Under the pieces are notes generated by a model. The model ran no database searches. It saw only the letters and a list, made by a program, of their open reading frames with translations, and was not told the DNA's origin. Made by a program: the position numbers and the translations under genes. DNA of 61,356 nt from contig JALSPG010000018.1 in assembly GCA_026986115.1 (NCBI GenBank), positions 1 through 61,356 of the forward strand, given 5' to 3'. The number at the start of each line of letters is the position of its first letter. Within the stretch, counting starts at the first letter, position 1. Shown here in pieces: positions 48,638-59,044 of the stretch. Source of the DNA: Thermodesulfobacteriales bacterium. Its GTDB lineage: Bacteria > Desulfobacterota > Thermodesulfobacteria > Thermodesulfobacteriales > Thermodesulfatatoraceae.

Positions 48638-49782
48638 TATTCGGCAATTTCTCCTTCACCACTTCCTGGGGCTTTGGCCTCAGGCTCACCTACATCTACA
48701 AATCTATCCTTTAACTTTTCAAGCACTTTGGGAAGAGTAGTATATTCCATTTCTTCTGGAGGCAAGCGGTGAGGCTCAAAGATTCCCTGTCGCCTTAGCT
48801 GATTAGCGAGAATTGCGCAGCGATTGCGGGCATCATCAAAGGCCGGATCATCAAAGAGATCGTTAGGACCGATTAATTTGCCCTCACAAATTTGATAACC
48901 AGCAGCAATAACCCGCGGCGGACCATCGAAACGTGTGGGTTTGGCCTCTTTGAAAGAAACCGGCATCAAAGGACCAGTGTGAGAGCCTCGCATCCAACCC
49001 TCTACAAGCCAGGGCCTAGCAAAAGGCTCTAATACTTCCCCTACAGCGGGAAAACCACTCTGAGCCCTTACAATGAGTACCGGGTCGTCTTTTCCCACGT
49101 AACGGCCAGCCATGAGAGAGAGCTTCTGAGTGGAAGCCGCGGCGGCTATTTCACCATCACGATTTCGATATACAGCTCTTACCACATAGCGGCTAGTGGC
49201 TCCGATGAAGACTAAAAGATCATAGAGTTCCCGCGGGGTTTCGAGTTTGACTACTTTTCCAGAATAAACGTCCATTACTTCAAAAGAAAACCCATCATGC
49301 ATAGAAGGGTCAATTACGAGACCAGCGGTATTCATAGGGTCAGCAAACATTTCATAGAGGGGAAGATTCCAGGCACTTGGTGAGGTCTTGTCGGCGAAGA
49401 ATACAATGATAGGTTCGCTTTTCCGCTCTTCAAATTCCATTTCAGCTACACCTGGGCCCATACCTTTTACGTTTCCTGAAAAGGCGTCAGCCAAAAGATC
49501 TTGCCCTGCCCCGTAAAGTTTGAGTTTTTTAGCCACCTCTGTGCCAGCTACAAAGGCATCCCAGGCGAGCTTGTGAACCTCTTCATTATCCTTGCCTTTG
49601 GTATGTGTCATTACGATGGCAATATCATCCCCGCAGGTAATCACCGAAGCGTCTAAAAGAAGCCCTTTCTCACAACCGGCCTCAGCATATTCTTTTACTT
49701 TAGCCACTACCTCAGGATGAGTACTCGAATGCCCTACAAACCCGCCGATATCAGCCTTGATGACCGAAACTGTTATTTTCAT
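48637..49782 (-). CDS. fbp: Fructose-1,6-bisphosphate aldolase/phosphatase (class V)
   Basis: KADIGGFVGH, GDD, LYGAGQDLL, YVGKDDP, MRGSH, RFDGPP, EMEYTT. Confidence 0.95.
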   Translation of the reverse strand: MKITVSVIKADIGGFVGHSSTHPEVVAKVKEYAEAGCEKGLLLDASVITCGDDIAIVMTHTKGKDNEEVHKLAWDAFVAGTEVAKKLKLYGAGQDLLADAFSGNVKGMGPGVAEMEFEERKSEPIIVFFADKTSPSAWNLPLYEMFADPMNTAGLVIDPSMHDGFSFEVMDVYSGKVVKLETPRELYDLLVFIGATSRYVVRAVYRNRDGEIAAAASTQKLSLMAGRYVGKDDPVLIVRAQSGFPAVGEVLEPFARPWLVEGWMRGSHTGPLMPVSFKEAKPTRFDGPPRVIAAGYQICEGKLIGPNDLFDDPAFDDARNRCAILANQLRRQGIFEPHRLPPEEMEYTTLPKVLEKLKDRFVDVGEPEAKAPGSGEGEIAE

Positions 49783-50156
49783 ACACACCTCCTCTTTTTA
49801 ATTTCTAACAAGACAGATAATGTCGCTCTCTTTCAAAAGCAAGCCTTTTCACAAGAAATGCTTAAATTTGAGATCTTACCTAAATACTTCTTCTAGGCCT
49901 GTTTAAGCACCTTTTTGTTCTACGGATCCCAGGCGGCATTAAACGTTCGACATTTGTAATAAATTCGTTCCTATTTTTTCGTCCGACCCTACTTCGGTCT
50001 TCCCCCTAAGTGAAGGGAGCCCAAATTCCACTCCCACTCGTCAATATACTCCTTTAGCTAGGGACCTCGAACGCTCCCCTTGAAATAGTAGTTCCTTTCT
50101 ATTCCGCTAACGGATTTGGTTTTTTTAACGGGTAGGGAATTAACTTTCTGTTTATA

Positions 50157-50567
50157 ATGCCTAAAAAGACCCTGAAGGAGGGAGATCTTATGCCAGTCGT
50201 AAAAAAGCCTCAGGAAATGCCACCTATTGACCAGCTAATTTCTGAAATTATTTCACAAGCCGAAGGAAAGGTGGGCATGATTCTTACCCATGTAGGGGTG
50301 GTAAGAGCGACTTCCCGGCAAGGAAAACCCGTAAAAAAAGTGAGGGTTTCGGCAGATGCGCATCGTCTGGCCGAAATCCTTGCTCTTGCTCAAAATCAGC
50401 CTGGTATTTTTAAAGCAGAGGCTTATGTGCGAGAAGGCGAACTTTCAGTGGGGGAAGTCTTGATGGTTCTGATAATAGCTGGAGATTTTCGCGAAAACGT
50501 GTTTGAAACCCTCAAAAACACCCTTAATGCCATCAAAGCGGAGGTGACCTCTAAACAAGAAATTTAA
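50157..50567 (+). CDS. moaE: Molybdopterin synthase large subunit (MoaE-like)
   Basis: GMILTHVGVVR, REGELSVGE, AGDFRENVF. Confidence 0.8.
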   Translation: MPKKTLKEGDLMPVVKKPQEMPPIDQLISEIISQAEGKVGMILTHVGVVRATSRQGKPVKKVRVSADAHRLAEILALAQNQPGIFKAEAYVREGELSVGEVLMVLIIAGDFRENVFETLKNTLNAIKAEVTSKQEI

Positions 50568-50579
50568 AACGGAGGAAAA

Positions 50580-52226
50580 ATGCCAGCCAAAAAGAAAACT
50601 CCTAATAAGTTGATCTTGATAAATGCGGAGCAACCGGAGGAGATCCGGGTAGCATTGGTGGAAGATGGGCGCCTTGAAGCCTTTGACGTAGAAACTATTG
50701 TTCGGGAACACACCAAGGGTAACATCTATAAAGGCCGTATTATTAATATTAAATCCAGTCTGCAAGCCGTTTTTGTGGATATTGGCCTTTCGCGCAACGG
50801 TTATTTGCCCTTCAAAGAGGTACATCCCGAATATTATGGCTATGCTGAGGCAGTTGATAGGTCTGGGCGTTCAAGGCTTCCTGATTTTTTGGAACCTGGT
50901 CAGGAGCTTTTGGTTCAGATTGTGAAGGAAGAAACTCCTACCAAGGGTGCAAGCCTTACCACTTATCTTACCCTTCCGGGGCGTTATGTAGTCCTTTTGC
51001 CCGGAAACCCCACCTGTGGAGTTTCTAAAAAAGTGATGGATGAAAGCAAACGTAAACGCTTGAAAGACATTCTTTTGGGTTTAAAGGCCCCAGAAGGGGT
51101 AGGGATTATCCTTCGGACCGCAGCAGCCGAAGCGGCTAAAAAGAATATTCAGGCCGATTTTCGCTACCTCGTGCGTTTGTGGAATGAAATCCGCAATAAA
51201 GCCTCTCAGGTAGAAGCACCGGCCCTTCTTTATAAAGACCAAGATGTTATTGTGCGTTTTTTGCGCGAACATCTTTCACCAGACATCAAAGAAATTCTGG
51301 TTGATACTTCCGAGGCCTTTGAAAGGGTGAAGAATTTTTTGAAATTAGTAGCTCCCCGTCAGGTGCGTCGTGTGAAGCTTTTCCGCGAAGAAAAGCCTAT
51401 CTTTTCTCTCTTTAATCTTGAAGAACAGATTGAAAACGTCTACAAGCCCGTAGTGCCTCTCCCTTCAGGAGGAACCCTTTATATTGAACCCACTGAGGCC
51501 TTGGTGGCTATTGATGTTAACTCGGGAAAATGTGTACGTGAGAGAGATCTTGAAGAGATTTCTTTTCGAACAAATCTCGAAGCCGCCGAGGAGATTGCCC
51601 GTCAATTACGCTTAAGAGATTTGGGAGGTCTTATCGTTATTGATTTTATCGCTATGAAACAGCCCAAACATCGTCATCAAGTAGAAAAGTGCTTGCGGGA
51701 AAGCCTCAAAAAAGATCGCGCCAAAATTACCATGACCCGTTTTAGCAGGTTAGGCTTGATAGAGATTGCCCGTCAGAAACTTCAGGCCCCTTTGCAGTGG
51801 GGCAGTTATCGTCCGTGTCCCTGTTGTCGGGGGGTGGGCCAGATCCGAACCGTGGAGGTTTTGGCTACAGCCCTTTTGCGTCGGATAAAGAGCAGACTCG
51901 CAGAAAAGCCTTTGGCCAAATTGAAAGTGCGCGTTTCTCCAGAACTCGCTTCTTACGTACTTAATTTCAAAAGAAGAGATCTTTTTGCCTTGGAAGAATA
52001 CTACGAGACCAACTTAATAATAGAGCCAGCTGCTGAACTTCCCCCTGAAGAAACTTCTTTTGAAGAAGAGGAGAAAGAAATTTTGGAAATCAAACCTGAA
52101 ACCCAAGAAGAGACGATAAAGAAAGAAGAATGTCCAGGAGAGACTTCTTCACGGAAAACAAAAAAGAGAGATGAGCGCACCAAAGGGCGTAAAAAAAGTG
52201 CCACCCAAAAAGGCAGTAGCTCTTAA
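50580..52226 (+). CDS. rne: Ribonuclease E/G family
   Basis: GNIYKG S1 domain, AVFVDIG, IDVNSG, LRDLGGLIVIDFI, CPCC Zn-link. Confidence 0.93.
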   Translation: MPAKKKTPNKLILINAEQPEEIRVALVEDGRLEAFDVETIVREHTKGNIYKGRIINIKSSLQAVFVDIGLSRNGYLPFKEVHPEYYGYAEAVDRSGRSRLPDFLEPGQELLVQIVKEETPTKGASLTTYLTLPGRYVVLLPGNPTCGVSKKVMDESKRKRLKDILLGLKAPEGVGIILRTAAAEAAKKNIQADFRYLVRLWNEIRNKASQVEAPALLYKDQDVIVRFLREHLSPDIKEILVDTSEAFERVKNFLKLVAPRQVRRVKLFREEKPIFSLFNLEEQIENVYKPVVPLPSGGTLYIEPTEALVAIDVNSGKCVRERDLEEISFRTNLEAAEEIARQLRLRDLGGLIVIDFIAMKQPKHRHQVEKCLRESLKKDRAKITMTRFSRLGLIEIARQKLQAPLQWGSYRPCPCCRGVGQIRTVEVLATALLRRIKSRLAEKPLAKLKVRVSPELASYVLNFKRRDLFALEEYYETNLIIEPAAELPPEETSFEEEEKEILEIKPETQEETIKKEECPGETSSRKTKKRDERTKGRKKSATQKGSSS

Positions 52227-52455
52227 ATATGACGCCTCCAAAGATAATGCTCCTCGGGTAGTAGCCAAAGGTGAAGGTTTGCTTGCTGAACGCATTTTGG
52301 CCCTTGCTAAGGAGGCCGGTATTCCTATTAAAAAAGATGCTCCTTTAATAGAAGCCCTGTGGAAGGTGGAATTGGAACGAGAAATCCCCCCAGAACTTTA
52401 CGAGGCCGTAGCAGCAGTGTTGGCCTGGGCTTGGCATCTCGAAGGAAAGGTTTAA
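52171..52455 (+). CDS. FlhB cytoplasmic-domain-like (EscU/YscU) small protein
   Basis: KAVALKYD...APRVVAKG...IPPELYEAVA. Confidence 0.9.
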   Translation: MSAPKGVKKVPPKKAVALKYDASKDNAPRVVAKGEGLLAERILALAKEAGIPIKKDAPLIEALWKVELEREIPPELYEAVAAVLAWAWHLEGKV

Positions 52456-53306
52456 CGAGCTTGAGAGAGGAGATTCTCCTTAATGTTTTGATAGCGCTTA
52501 AAGCCCTCGGTAATAATGCTGAAAAGTTCTCGATCTTTGAGGCCTGCTACTTTAAGGAGTTTAGATGGCACCCGATATGAAAGCCCATCGGCTCCCATTC
52601 CTATTCCCACCAAGTTGGTGAGCATATTGGAAAGGGCTACGATAGCAGCAGTTTGGTTCTGAACCATCCAATCTTCGTCGTGGTGGGCACGTACGGCGAA
52701 AATAGTCTCTTGTGGAAACCCCCAACGTCTTAGGAGTTCTGCTCCTACGATGGCATGATCCGTTCCCAGGACCATAATTTCGGCTTCCATAAAAGTGAGC
52801 CCTTCGTCTTTTACGAGTTCACGGATAACTTCAAGCTCCCCACCCACAAAAAGATCTAACACCAATTTGCCAATATCGTGTAATAGGGCAGCTGTGAAGA
52901 CGTGATCTGGATTACGGGCCTTCACTTTTTCTGCAATTAGTTCTGCAAATACCCCGCTGCCTAAAGAATGGAGCCACACTTCATAAGGAGAAAGTCCGTA
53001 ACCATGAAGGGCCCGGTTAAGATATTGGCCGGCACAGGCTGCTACCAAAAAAAATCGAATCTGGTTAAGCCCTAAAAGGGCAAAGGCCTGGGAAAGAGAT
53101 TCAACCTTTCTTCGCAGGCCAATGTAAGCGGAATTTACTAGTTTCAGAAAATTAGCTGTAATAGTGGCGTCGTAACGGATCACTTGAGCTAATTTTTCAA
53201 AATTTACATTTTCATCTTCTAACATTTTAAGGGCACGGTAGGCTGTCTCTGGAAAATTGGGAACGGTATTGAGTTCTTCAAAGACATATTCCAGGACTTT
53301 TACCAC
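52452..53306 (-). CDS. HDOD-domain protein
   Basis: LKLVNSAY, WLHSL, ALLHDIGK, DHAIVGAELLRRWGFP. Confidence 0.92.
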   Translation of the reverse strand: MVKVLEYVFEELNTVPNFPETAYRALKMLEDENVNFEKLAQVIRYDATITANFLKLVNSAYIGLRRKVESLSQAFALLGLNQIRFFLVAACAGQYLNRALHGYGLSPYEVWLHSLGSGVFAELIAEKVKARNPDHVFTAALLHDIGKLVLDLFVGGELEVIRELVKDEGLTFMEAEIMVLGTDHAIVGAELLRRWGFPQETIFAVRAHHDEDWMVQNQTAAIVALSNMLTNLVGIGMGADGLSYRVPSKLLKVAGLKDRELFSIITEGFKRYQNIKENLLSQAR

Positions 53307-53827
53307 GTCTCTTCCTCTTCTCCGGAGATTTTGACGGTAATCATTGCTTCTTTGCCATTTACAAACATGCGGCAGGGAAATGGTCTGCCACAGACTTCGG
53401 CCTTTAGGGTTAGCCCTCGGTCTTTGAGGAGCTTGCGAAGCATAGAGGCGTTAAGACCTCCTAGATCAAAAACAGTAGGTGCTTCTAAAAACCGGGCCCC
53501 TCCCGCGGCAAAAAATTCAAGCTTTTCTCTTTCTGCACCGGCTTTTTCTAAAGCTTCTAGAAAGATATCTATCCCCTCGGCGGCAAAGAAGGTTTGCGGC
53601 ACTCCTCCTACTTTGGGGTTGAGTATCTTTTCTGCTGGTAGTACAAAGACCCAAAGGCCTATAATCTTCTTTTCGCGATCCCGGGCTGCCAAAGCTACGC
53701 AAGCGCCTAAAGTTTCCGTCTCAAGTTCTTCATTCTGTTCTTGGAGGACCAAAAATTGCCCCTTCTCTACTTTCACGGTCTCCACCTTTAATGCCATTGC
53801 TTTTGTTAATATCGGAATGCTTTTCAA
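53300..53827 (-). CDS. cheD: CheD-like protein (atypical active site)
   Basis: TLGACVAL, AGGA, LGGLN, AEVCG. The HxxLP histidine is replaced (VFVLP). Confidence 0.75.
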   Translation of the reverse strand: MKSIPILTKAMALKVETVKVEKGQFLVLQEQNEELETETLGACVALAARDREKKIIGLWVFVLPAEKILNPKVGGVPQTFFAAEGIDIFLEALEKAGAEREKLEFFAAGGARFLEAPTVFDLGGLNASMLRKLLKDRGLTLKAEVCGRPFPCRMFVNGKEAMITVKISGEEEETW

Positions 53828-53839
53828 AAACCTAAATGC

Positions 53840-55141
53840 TTAACCTTCTTCGATGCGGAGAATTTTGGTGGGAGCAGTTACAATAGGGAGTCTATTAATG
53901 GCTGCAAGGGCCTTGTGGACAGCCTTTTCGCGGGCCTCATGAGTAAGCATCACGATAGGCACCGAGCCCCCAATCTTGCGCCCTTTCTGGATAACCGCGG
54001 CAATACTGATTTCGTTTTCACCCAGGATGCCGGCGATTTTAGAGAGGACACCCGGCTGATCCACAGCTGCAAACCGAAAATAGTAGCGGGAAATGACCTC
54101 CTCCATGGGTTTGAGGGGCAAACGATCTAAGTTACTTAATTGAAAAGAAAGGGGCGGAACGCGTAAGCTGGCTCCAGAAAGCACGTTGCGAGCAAGATCT
54201 ACAATGTCGCTCACAACGGCACTACCGGTGGGCATTTGGCCTGCTCCTAAACCATAAAGGAGGATGTCTCCCACTGCGTCTCCCTTAATATAAAACGCAT
54301 TGTAAGCCATCCTAACCGAGGCCAAAACATGGGTTTCTGGTATGAGGGCAGGGTGTACCCGTACTTCAAGCCCTTCTTCTGTATCCTTACAAAGGGCAAG
54401 AAGTTTGGTGACAAAACCCAACTCCTTGGCAAAAGAGAGATCAAGGGGCTCAACTTCCCTTATACCTTCTACATAGATATCTTTGAGGGTTATTTCTGTG
54501 CCATAGGCCAATGTAGTTAAGAGGGCAAGCTTATGGGCGGCATCAAGGCCATCTATGTCAAGGGAAGGGTCGGCCTCGGCAAACCCCGCTTCCTGCGCCT
54601 CTTTGAGGGCCTGTTTAAAGGAGAGCCCTTCTTCGGTCATGCGGGTGAGGATGTAATTACAGGTGCCGTTTACAATCCCAGTAAGGGCTTTAATCCGGTT
54701 CCCCACAAGGCTTTCTTTGAGGGTTTTAATAATAGGGACCCCTCCTCCTACTGCTGCTTCGAAAGCCACGTCGACTCCCTTTTGTTTGGCAGCTTGAAAA
54801 ATCTCCTGGCCAAATTCTGCAAGTACCGCCTTATTGGCAGTGACTACGTGTTTGCCAGCTTCAATGGCCTTGAGAATGAAGGTGCGGGCAGGCTCAAGCC
54901 CTCCTATGAGTTCCACTACAATTTTAATTTCCGGATCGCGGAAGATACTTTCTACCTCGGTGGTAAGGAGGCTTTCAGGGACCTCTACCAGCCGGGGAAG
55001 GCTCGGGTCCCTTACGGCGATTTTTTTGACCAAAAGAGGGCATCCTAACCTATTTTGAATGAGTTTTTGGTTTTCAAAAAGGATCTTTACCGTCCCTGAT
55101 CCGACGGTTCCAAGCCCAATAATTCCTATATAAATTGACAT
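53840..55141 (-). CDS. hom: Homoserine dehydrogenase
   Basis: GLGTVG, VVTANK, EAAVGGGVP, NGTCNYIL, C-terminal ACT domain. Confidence 0.96.
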   Translation of the reverse strand: MSIYIGIIGLGTVGSGTVKILFENQKLIQNRLGCPLLVKKIAVRDPSLPRLVEVPESLLTTEVESIFRDPEIKIVVELIGGLEPARTFILKAIEAGKHVVTANKAVLAEFGQEIFQAAKQKGVDVAFEAAVGGGVPIIKTLKESLVGNRIKALTGIVNGTCNYILTRMTEEGLSFKQALKEAQEAGFAEADPSLDIDGLDAAHKLALLTTLAYGTEITLKDIYVEGIREVEPLDLSFAKELGFVTKLLALCKDTEEGLEVRVHPALIPETHVLASVRMAYNAFYIKGDAVGDILLYGLGAGQMPTGSAVVSDIVDLARNVLSGASLRVPPLSFQLSNLDRLPLKPMEEVISRYYFRFAAVDQPGVLSKIAGILGENEISIAAVIQKGRKIGGSVPIVMLTHEAREKAVHKALAAINRLPIVTAPTKILRIEEG

Positions 55142-55154
55142 TTTTTAACACCTC

Positions 55155-57584
55155 CTAAGCTACTTCCGAAAGCTTGAGACGCTCTTGCCAGCGTTCAAAA
55201 AGAATTTCTTTAAGGAGCGGATAATCTTTAAGCTCCGGGTCTTCCTCAAGGAGGGTGAAGGCCTCTTCTCTAGCCACTACCAGCATATCATAATCCCGCA
55301 CTAAATCTGCCCTCCGGAAGGAAAAGTATCCGGATTGTTTGGTACCCAAAAGTTCTCCTGGCCCTCGGATTTTCATGTCTTCTTCGGCAATCCGAAAACC
55401 GTCATTTGTCTCACAGAGAATACGAAGTCGGCGCCAAGCCTCACTCCCTGGCCGGAGCTTATGAGCAATCAAAAGACAATAAGATTCTCGTTCACTTCGC
55501 CCCACCCTTCCTCTTAGCTGATGGAGTTGTGAAAGGCCAAATCTTTCGGCATGTTCGATTACCATCACCGTGGCCTCCGGCACATCTACTCCCACTTCTA
55601 CCACGGTAGTGGCTACCAAAACCTGACATTCCCCCTCTTTAAAGGCCCGCATAACGGCCTCTTTCTCGGCGGGCTTCATCTTTCCGTGTAAGAGTCCTAC
55701 TTTAAATTCCGGGAAGACCTTTTGTTGAAGTTTTTGAGCCATGGTAGTGGCGGCAAGGAGGTCTATTTTTTCTGACTCTTCCACCAAGGGAAAGATAACA
55801 TAAGCCCGATTTCCCTTCTTGAGCTCTTCTTTAACAAAGGCGTAGGCTTTTTTCCTTTCTTCGGCAGTGAAAAGAAAAGTTTTTACTGGTTTCCTGCCTG
55901 CCGGGAGTTCATCAATGAGGGAGACGTCCAAATCTCCGTAAACTGTCATGGCCAGAGTCCGGGGGATGGGGGTGGCTGTCATGACCAGGGTATCCGGCTC
56001 CAAGCCTTGGGCCTTTTCTCGCAAAGCGGCCCGTTGTAAAACTCCGAAGCGGTGTTGTTCGTCAATGATCACCAGCCCCAATTTTTTGAATGTTACGGCT
56101 TCTTGAAAAAGGGCGTGAGTTCCTACTACGAAATGGATGTGTCCGGTGCACAATCCTTGGTAGATAGCCTTTTTTTCCCGTGCCGGACGCCCCCCTGTAA
56201 GGAGGGCAATTTCAACTCCGATTAGCCCGGCATATTTTTTGAAGTTAAGGTAATGTTGTTCAGCCAAGATTTCAGTGGGTGCCATAAGAGCTACCTGATA
56301 GCCATTATCTATGGCAATGAGAGCGGCTAAGAAAGCGACCACCGTTTTTCCGCAGCCAACATCACCCTGCAAGAGGCGATTCATGGGGTAGGGGCGAGCC
56401 AAGTCCTTTTTGATTTCTTCAAAGGCACGCTCTTGGGCGCGTGTAAGCTTAAAAGGGAGGCTGGCAAGAAACTTCTCAACCCTTTTGCTCTCGATGCGAA
56501 AGGCTATTCCTGGAGCTTGGGAGAGCTTCGATTTTCTTAAGGCTAAAGCCAATTCGAGATAGAAGAATTCGTCAAAGGCAAGACTTTTATGATAAATGCT
56601 TCTTTCGGCATTCAAGGCGGGAAGATCGTCCTCTTCAGAGGGAAAATGTAGCCCGCTAATGGCAAGAGGGAGGGGAAGGAGACGTCTTTTTTTTAGAATC
56701 TTGGCCGGAATAGCACTTACGAGTTTGGAAGCATAATTTTTGACGGCGTGAGCCACAATTTTGCGAAGTTGTTTCTGAGAAAGCCCTTCAATCCCCGGAT
56801 AAAGAGGCAGGATGCGTCCCAAGTGTAGGGAAAGGGTTTCTTCTTCAGGAAAGGCTATTTCTGGATGAATAATTTCTTTGCGTCCTCCAAAAATTGTTAC
56901 CTCCCCGGCTAAGATGATTTCTCGCCCGGGGCGGAGACGTTCTCGAAATCTTTTCTCTTGGAAGTGGAACCATTTGGCAGCCAAAAGCCCTGTGCCATCA
57001 CTAATTACGATTTCATACACCTTGCGTCTTTTAAATTTGACCGGGCCGGAGAGAACGATTTCACCTCGAACTACTACGTGTTCTCCTACCCGGATCGAAC
57101 GAATCTCGCGCACACGCCGCCGGTCTTCATAAGCCTTAGGAAGGAAATATAAAAGGTCTTCAACGGTTTTTATCTCGCGTTGAGCAAATTTGGCGGCAAT
57201 TTTGGGCCCTACTCCCTTCAAATATTGCACCGGTTTTTGAAGTTCTTTGTGAAAATGGCGATAGGTATTGAGATCAATTTTCAGATCTTCAAATTCTGGG
57301 AGGGCATTACCCTCTTCGAGGCTGTCTTGAATAAGAGCCATGATAGCTTGGAGGCGGTCTTTCTTCTCCGAGAGAGAAAGGTTTTCAAGACCTTCTATCT
57401 TGGTTTGTAGTTTCTCCTTGAGATTTTGAGGAAGAGCCGCGGAAATTTCTTCCAGGGCCTTTTTGAGACTGGCCTCAAGCCCTCTTATTTTACTGAGATT
57501 GGCAAAATTCTTCCGACTTGCAAATCTTAACGGCCTTAAGAGAGGCTCAAACTTTTGGCTGTAAGAAATGCCAGCTGTCATCAC
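55155..57584 (-). CDS. recG: ATP-dependent DNA helicase RecG
   Basis: RLLQGDVGCGKT, DEQHRFG, MTATPIPR, QLRGRVGR, RGPGE. Confidence 0.96.
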   Translation of the reverse strand: MMTAGISYSQKFEPLLRPLRFASRKNFANLSKIRGLEASLKKALEEISAALPQNLKEKLQTKIEGLENLSLSEKKDRLQAIMALIQDSLEEGNALPEFEDLKIDLNTYRHFHKELQKPVQYLKGVGPKIAAKFAQREIKTVEDLLYFLPKAYEDRRRVREIRSIRVGEHVVVRGEIVLSGPVKFKRRKVYEIVISDGTGLLAAKWFHFQEKRFRERLRPGREIILAGEVTIFGGRKEIIHPEIAFPEEETLSLHLGRILPLYPGIEGLSQKQLRKIVAHAVKNYASKLVSAIPAKILKKRRLLPLPLAISGLHFPSEEDDLPALNAERSIYHKSLAFDEFFYLELALALRKSKLSQAPGIAFRIESKRVEKFLASLPFKLTRAQERAFEEIKKDLARPYPMNRLLQGDVGCGKTVVAFLAALIAIDNGYQVALMAPTEILAEQHYLNFKKYAGLIGVEIALLTGGRPAREKKAIYQGLCTGHIHFVVGTHALFQEAVTFKKLGLVIIDEQHRFGVLQRAALREKAQGLEPDTLVMTATPIPRTLAMTVYGDLDVSLIDELPAGRKPVKTFLFTAEERKKAYAFVKEELKKGNRAYVIFPLVEESEKIDLLAATTMAQKLQQKVFPEFKVGLLHGKMKPAEKEAVMRAFKEGECQVLVATTVVEVGVDVPEATVMVIEHAERFGLSQLHQLRGRVGRSERESYCLLIAHKLRPGSEAWRRLRILCETNDGFRIAEEDMKIRGPGELLGTKQSGYFSFRRADLVRDYDMLVVAREEAFTLLEEDPELKDYPLLKEILFERWQERLKLSEVA

Positions 57585-57643
57585 TTTGGGTTATGGCAGG
57601 CAAAAGAAAAGGTGTCAACGGAGGCGAACCTGCCTCCGCTGAC

Positions 57644-59020
57644 TTAAATTCCTGTAGGAAATTTGGGAAAGTGTTTGAGTTCTTCCAGGGCCTCTTTGAT
57701 CTTTTCTTCGGGATATTCATAATCTTCAAGTTCGCCAGCAAGATAAGAATCATAAGCAGCCAGGTCAAAATGGCCATGACCACTGAAATTGAAAACAATT
57801 ACCTTTTCTTCACCGCTCTCTTTACACTTGAGGGCCTCATCAATGGCAGCCCTGATGGCATGACTGGTCTCAGGGGCCGGAATAATGCCTTCGGTGCGGG
57901 CAAAGAGAAGGGCGGCTTCAAAACAAGGGTTTTGGGGGTAGGCCCGAGGTTTGATGATCCCTTCTTTGACGAGCTGGCATACGAGAGGAGCGTCGCCGTG
58001 GTACCTCAGCCCGCCAGCATGGATAGCCGGAGGCTCAAAGGAATGTCCTAAGGTATGCATGAGAAGGAGAGGGGTAAGACCAGCAGTGTCTCCGAAATCG
58101 TAGGTATAAATGCCTTTGGTAAGTGTAGGGCAGCTTGCAGGTTCCACTGCTATGACTTCGGCTTCCAGCTTTCCTTGCAAGATGTCCCCAATGAAGGGGA
58201 AAGCAAAACCGGCAAAATTGCTTCCACCCCCTACACAGCCAATCAAAATATCTGGTTTTTCTTCTATTAAAGCCAGTTGCTTTTGAGCCTCAAGCCCTAT
58301 TACGGTCTGATGTAAAAGCACATGATTTAGAACGCTTCCTAAAGAGTAATTGGTGTCTTGATGAGTGGCAGCGTCTTCCACTGCTTCTGAAATAGCGATC
58401 CCGAGGCTTCCACGGGAGTTTGGGTTCTGGGCCAGGATACGGCGTCCGGCTTCAGTTCTTTCTGTAGGGGAAGGAAAGACCTCAGCTCCCCAAATATGCA
58501 TCAGGCTTTTGCGGAAGGGCTTTTGTTCGAAAGAGACCTTTACCATATAGACCGTACATTCTAGGCCGAATAGCTTACAGGCAAAAGCAAGGGCGCTTCC
58601 CCATTGTCCCGCCCCGGTTTCTGTAGCTAGCCTTTTGATACCAGCCTTTTTATTGTAATAAGCCTGGGCCACGGCAGTGTTGGGTTTGTGGCTTCCGGGA
58701 GGGCTTACACTTTCATTTTTAAAATAAATGCGAGCCGGTGTTTTAAGGGCTTTTTCTAGATTGCGTGCCCGATGAAGAGGAGTAGGGCGCCAGAGGCGAT
58801 AAACCTTCCTTACCTCTTCGGGGATCTCTATCCAAGGCTCGGGGCTCATTTCTTGTTCGATAAGGCTTTGAGGAAAGATGGGGGCCAGCTCTTCTGGCTT
58901 TACCGGCTCACCAGTCCGAGGATTAAGAGGAGGGGCCGGAGGACTCGGGAGTCTCGGAATGATGTTATACCACGCCTCTGGAAGCTCCTTTTCCGAAAGG
59001 GTAATTTTGTTCTCTGCCAT
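57644..59020 (-). CDS. trpB2: TrpB2 (TrpB-like PLP enzyme)
   Basis: [39 protein letters not shown]. Confidence 0.93.
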   Translation of the reverse strand: MAENKITLSEKELPEAWYNIIPRLPSPPAPPLNPRTGEPVKPEELAPIFPQSLIEQEMSPEPWIEIPEEVRKVYRLWRPTPLHRARNLEKALKTPARIYFKNESVSPPGSHKPNTAVAQAYYNKKAGIKRLATETGAGQWGSALAFACKLFGLECTVYMVKVSFEQKPFRKSLMHIWGAEVFPSPTERTEAGRRILAQNPNSRGSLGIAISEAVEDAATHQDTNYSLGSVLNHVLLHQTVIGLEAQKQLALIEEKPDILIGCVGGGSNFAGFAFPFIGDILQGKLEAEVIAVEPASCPTLTKGIYTYDFGDTAGLTPLLLMHTLGHSFEPPAIHAGGLRYHGDAPLVCQLVKEGIIKPRAYPQNPCFEAALLFARTEGIIPAPETSHAIRAAIDEALKCKESGEEKVIVFNFSGHGHFDLAAYDSYLAGELEDYEYPEEKIKEALEELKHFPKFPTGI

Positions 59021-59044
59021 AAGCTTCACTCCTTACGATCATTT

